A stretch of DNA of 35,302 nt, taken from Octopus sinensis (lineage: Eukaryota). The position numbers and the translations under genes are program-made. Below are positions 33,231 through 35,302 of the stretch, one piece after another. Position 1 is the first letter of the stretch. Each line of letters starts with the position of its first letter. Below the pieces are notes generated by a model that worked only from the letters and a program-made list of their open reading frames with translations, did not search any database and had not been told where the DNA came from. Where the stretch lies: NCBI RefSeq assembly GCF_006345805.1, contig NW_021828053.1:1-35302 (forward strand), given 5' to 3'.

Positions 33231-33571
33231 GGCATAGACCACTCTGAAACACACATAAAAGAAATTGTTATTACCCTGTATATAAAAACTATAAATGAAC
33301 GTTTTTTCTCCTCTCTTTCAATTCTTATACTTAAAACATTGTGTGAAGAATTAGAAGAGGAAACATTCCATAAATTTTCTCCGTGCTGTAATTAACTTAA
33401 TCGTAACTTTTACTGAAATGACTCTCTTGGTAATATATTTAATTGAACAAACATACAGGTTAAGCCATGCTGAAGGTTTCTAAAAAGGATGAAATATTAC
33501 TTGATATGATTAATGCTAAGTAGAATTTCTAAGAACTTCACAATAGATAAATAAAAGCTACGAATGTGTGT

Positions 33572-33619
<48 letters not shown>

Positions 33620-33685
33620 CTCTTTCTATCGTTTACATATTCCTAGGGTTCGACATCAAAGAATTTAATCCCGTCTCCCGTAGTT

Positions 33686-33928
33686 TCCAGGATGTTCCAG
33701 CACCTCGTTACCCAGTTTTTTTTTCAATGGTTTCAGCAGTGTGACGCTGGAACACGCGGGCGTGCATTATCGTTGAAAGATAACATTTACTTTGACAAAA
33801 AGACCTTGCTGTTCGGTGTGATTTGCTGGTTTCAGTTTGTCCATGGGTTTTTCGCTGTAGTCTGCACTGGTGATTGTAGACCCCTCTTCCAGGCAATCCC
33901 TCAGTGTAATCCCTTTTGCGTCCCAAAA
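33686..33928 (-). pseudogene. Mariner transposase catalytic-domain fragment
   Basis: FWDAKGITLRDCLEEGSTITSADY...KLKPA, then after frameshifts a DNARP-like motif, TAETIEK and EVLEHP. Confidence 0.8.
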
Positions 33929-33940
33929 TGAGATATATAT

Positions 33941-34534
33941 TCTTCTATTCGTTTATTCTTTCACTTGTTTCAGTCATTTGACTGCGGCCATAGTGGAACA
34001 ACATCTTTAGTCGAACAAATCGACCCCGGGAATTATTCTTTGTAAGCCTAGTACTTACTCTATCGGATCCTTTTGCCGAACCGCTAAGTTGCGGGGACGT
34101 AAACACAGCCATATTTATGTATTCTTTATCTGTTATTTTTTATATGCTACGTACTTATTTATTATCCCTTTTTATCCAACCGCTAAGTTACAGGGACCGG
34201 TGTTCGAGCAGCGGTGGGAGACAAACAGACAGAAAGTCTCACAAACTTAGATACAAACACACACATAAATACATACATACATACATACATACGTCCGCAG
34301 TACATACATACATAGTACATGCATACATACGCACATACATACATACGTACATACACATACACGCGCACTTAGGGCGAGCTTCTTTCAGTTTCCGTCCACC
34401 AATCGACTCAGACGACTTTGGTGGGCCTGAGGCTATAGTAGAAGACACATGCCCAAGGTGCAACGCATTAGAACTGAACCTAGAACCATGTGGTTGGAAA
34501 GCAACCTCCTTACCGCACAGCAAAGCCTGCGCCT
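33941..34534 (-). mobile_element. SINE family A, diverged, with AT-rich interruption
   Basis: Tail 33941-34110 and head 34375-34534; AACCGCTAAGTT repeated at 34079 and about 34179. Confidence 0.75.
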
Positions 34535-34611
34535 CTATTATAGATATGCTTATGGCAGCCGCCATGTTGTTCTTCGTGGCTTCTTTGGGTAACTTTTGAA
34601 ATTTTCAGGAT

Positions 34612-35087
34612 TGATGATGATGGTGGTGGTGGTGGTGGTGGTGGTGGTAGCGGTGGAGGTGGCGGTGGCATTGGTGGCGGTGGCATTGGTGGCGGTGGCA
34701 TTGGTGGCGGTGGCATTGGTGGCGGTGGCGGCGGCGGCGGCGGTAGTGGTGGTGGTGGTGTTGGTGGAGGTGGTTGTAGGGGTTGTGGTGGTGGCGTTGA
34801 TGACAACGACAGAATTTTATAAACGATAGGAATAATGACTGTGGGTTTTGGTAAGAAGTGGTGATGGCTGCACAGTTGTTGCTGCTGCTGCTCCTGCTGC
34901 TGATGATGATGATGATGAGTTGATGATGATGATGATGAGTTGATGATGATGACGACGACTGTGGTGGTGATCGTGGTCGTCGTTGTGGTGGTTTGGTGGT
35001 GGTGGCGATGACGATGGCAATGATGATGACGTTTGATGACAATCATGTTGATCTTGATGATGATTATGATGCTGTTGGTGCTGATCC

Positions 35088-35124
<37 letters not shown>

Positions 35125-35302
35125 ATGATGATGATGATTTTGTTGTTGTTGTTGATGTTGATGATAATGATGATGTTGACGATAATGTTGATAATGTGAT
35201 GTTTATGCAGATGACAATGATGTTGATGATGACGATGATGATGATTATGATGATGATGACGACGACTGTAGTGGTGGTGTGGGCGTGGTCGTCGTCGTTG
35301 TG
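34612..35302. repeat. GGT/GGC/GAT compound repeat including (GGTGGCGGTGGCATT)4 at 34658-34717
   Basis: Direct reading. Confidence 0.9.

Noticed and set aside
34510-35046. 178-aa proline-rich ORF resembling formin or extensin
   Set aside because: Made wholly of GGN/GAT repeats, open in other frames and on both strands, with no flanking domain or splice support

Overview
AT-rich, repeat-dominated eukaryotic DNA. The SINE families and microsatellite density match octopus (coleoid cephalopod) intronic or intergenic sequence; this is inferred from recall, not from a search. No intact protein-coding gene, tRNA, rRNA or CRISPR array is supported. Nearly all listed ORFs are microsatellite artefacts. 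The window holds about 20 tRNA-derived SINE copies of four head/tail types, mariner relics and MITEs, hAT-like and Helentron-like MITEs, LINE 3' fragments (R4/Dong-like, RTE-like), a decayed Penelope GIY-YIG endonuclease and many microsatellites. The main signal is six hammerhead-ribozyme (HHR) motifs from four unrelated sequence families. One is a compact type I HHR in a short A-tailed insert (30607-30659). Two are ~330-350 bp palindromes with one HHR per arm (3774-4100, 4375-4724). One lies downstream of the Penelope relic (28099-28195). Also notable are a 16-unit nGAAn heat-shock-element-like array (1615-1693) and a mariner foldback made of two 5' ends (22376-23716). SINE family letters A-D are my labels; I did not map them to the published OK/OR1/OR2 names.
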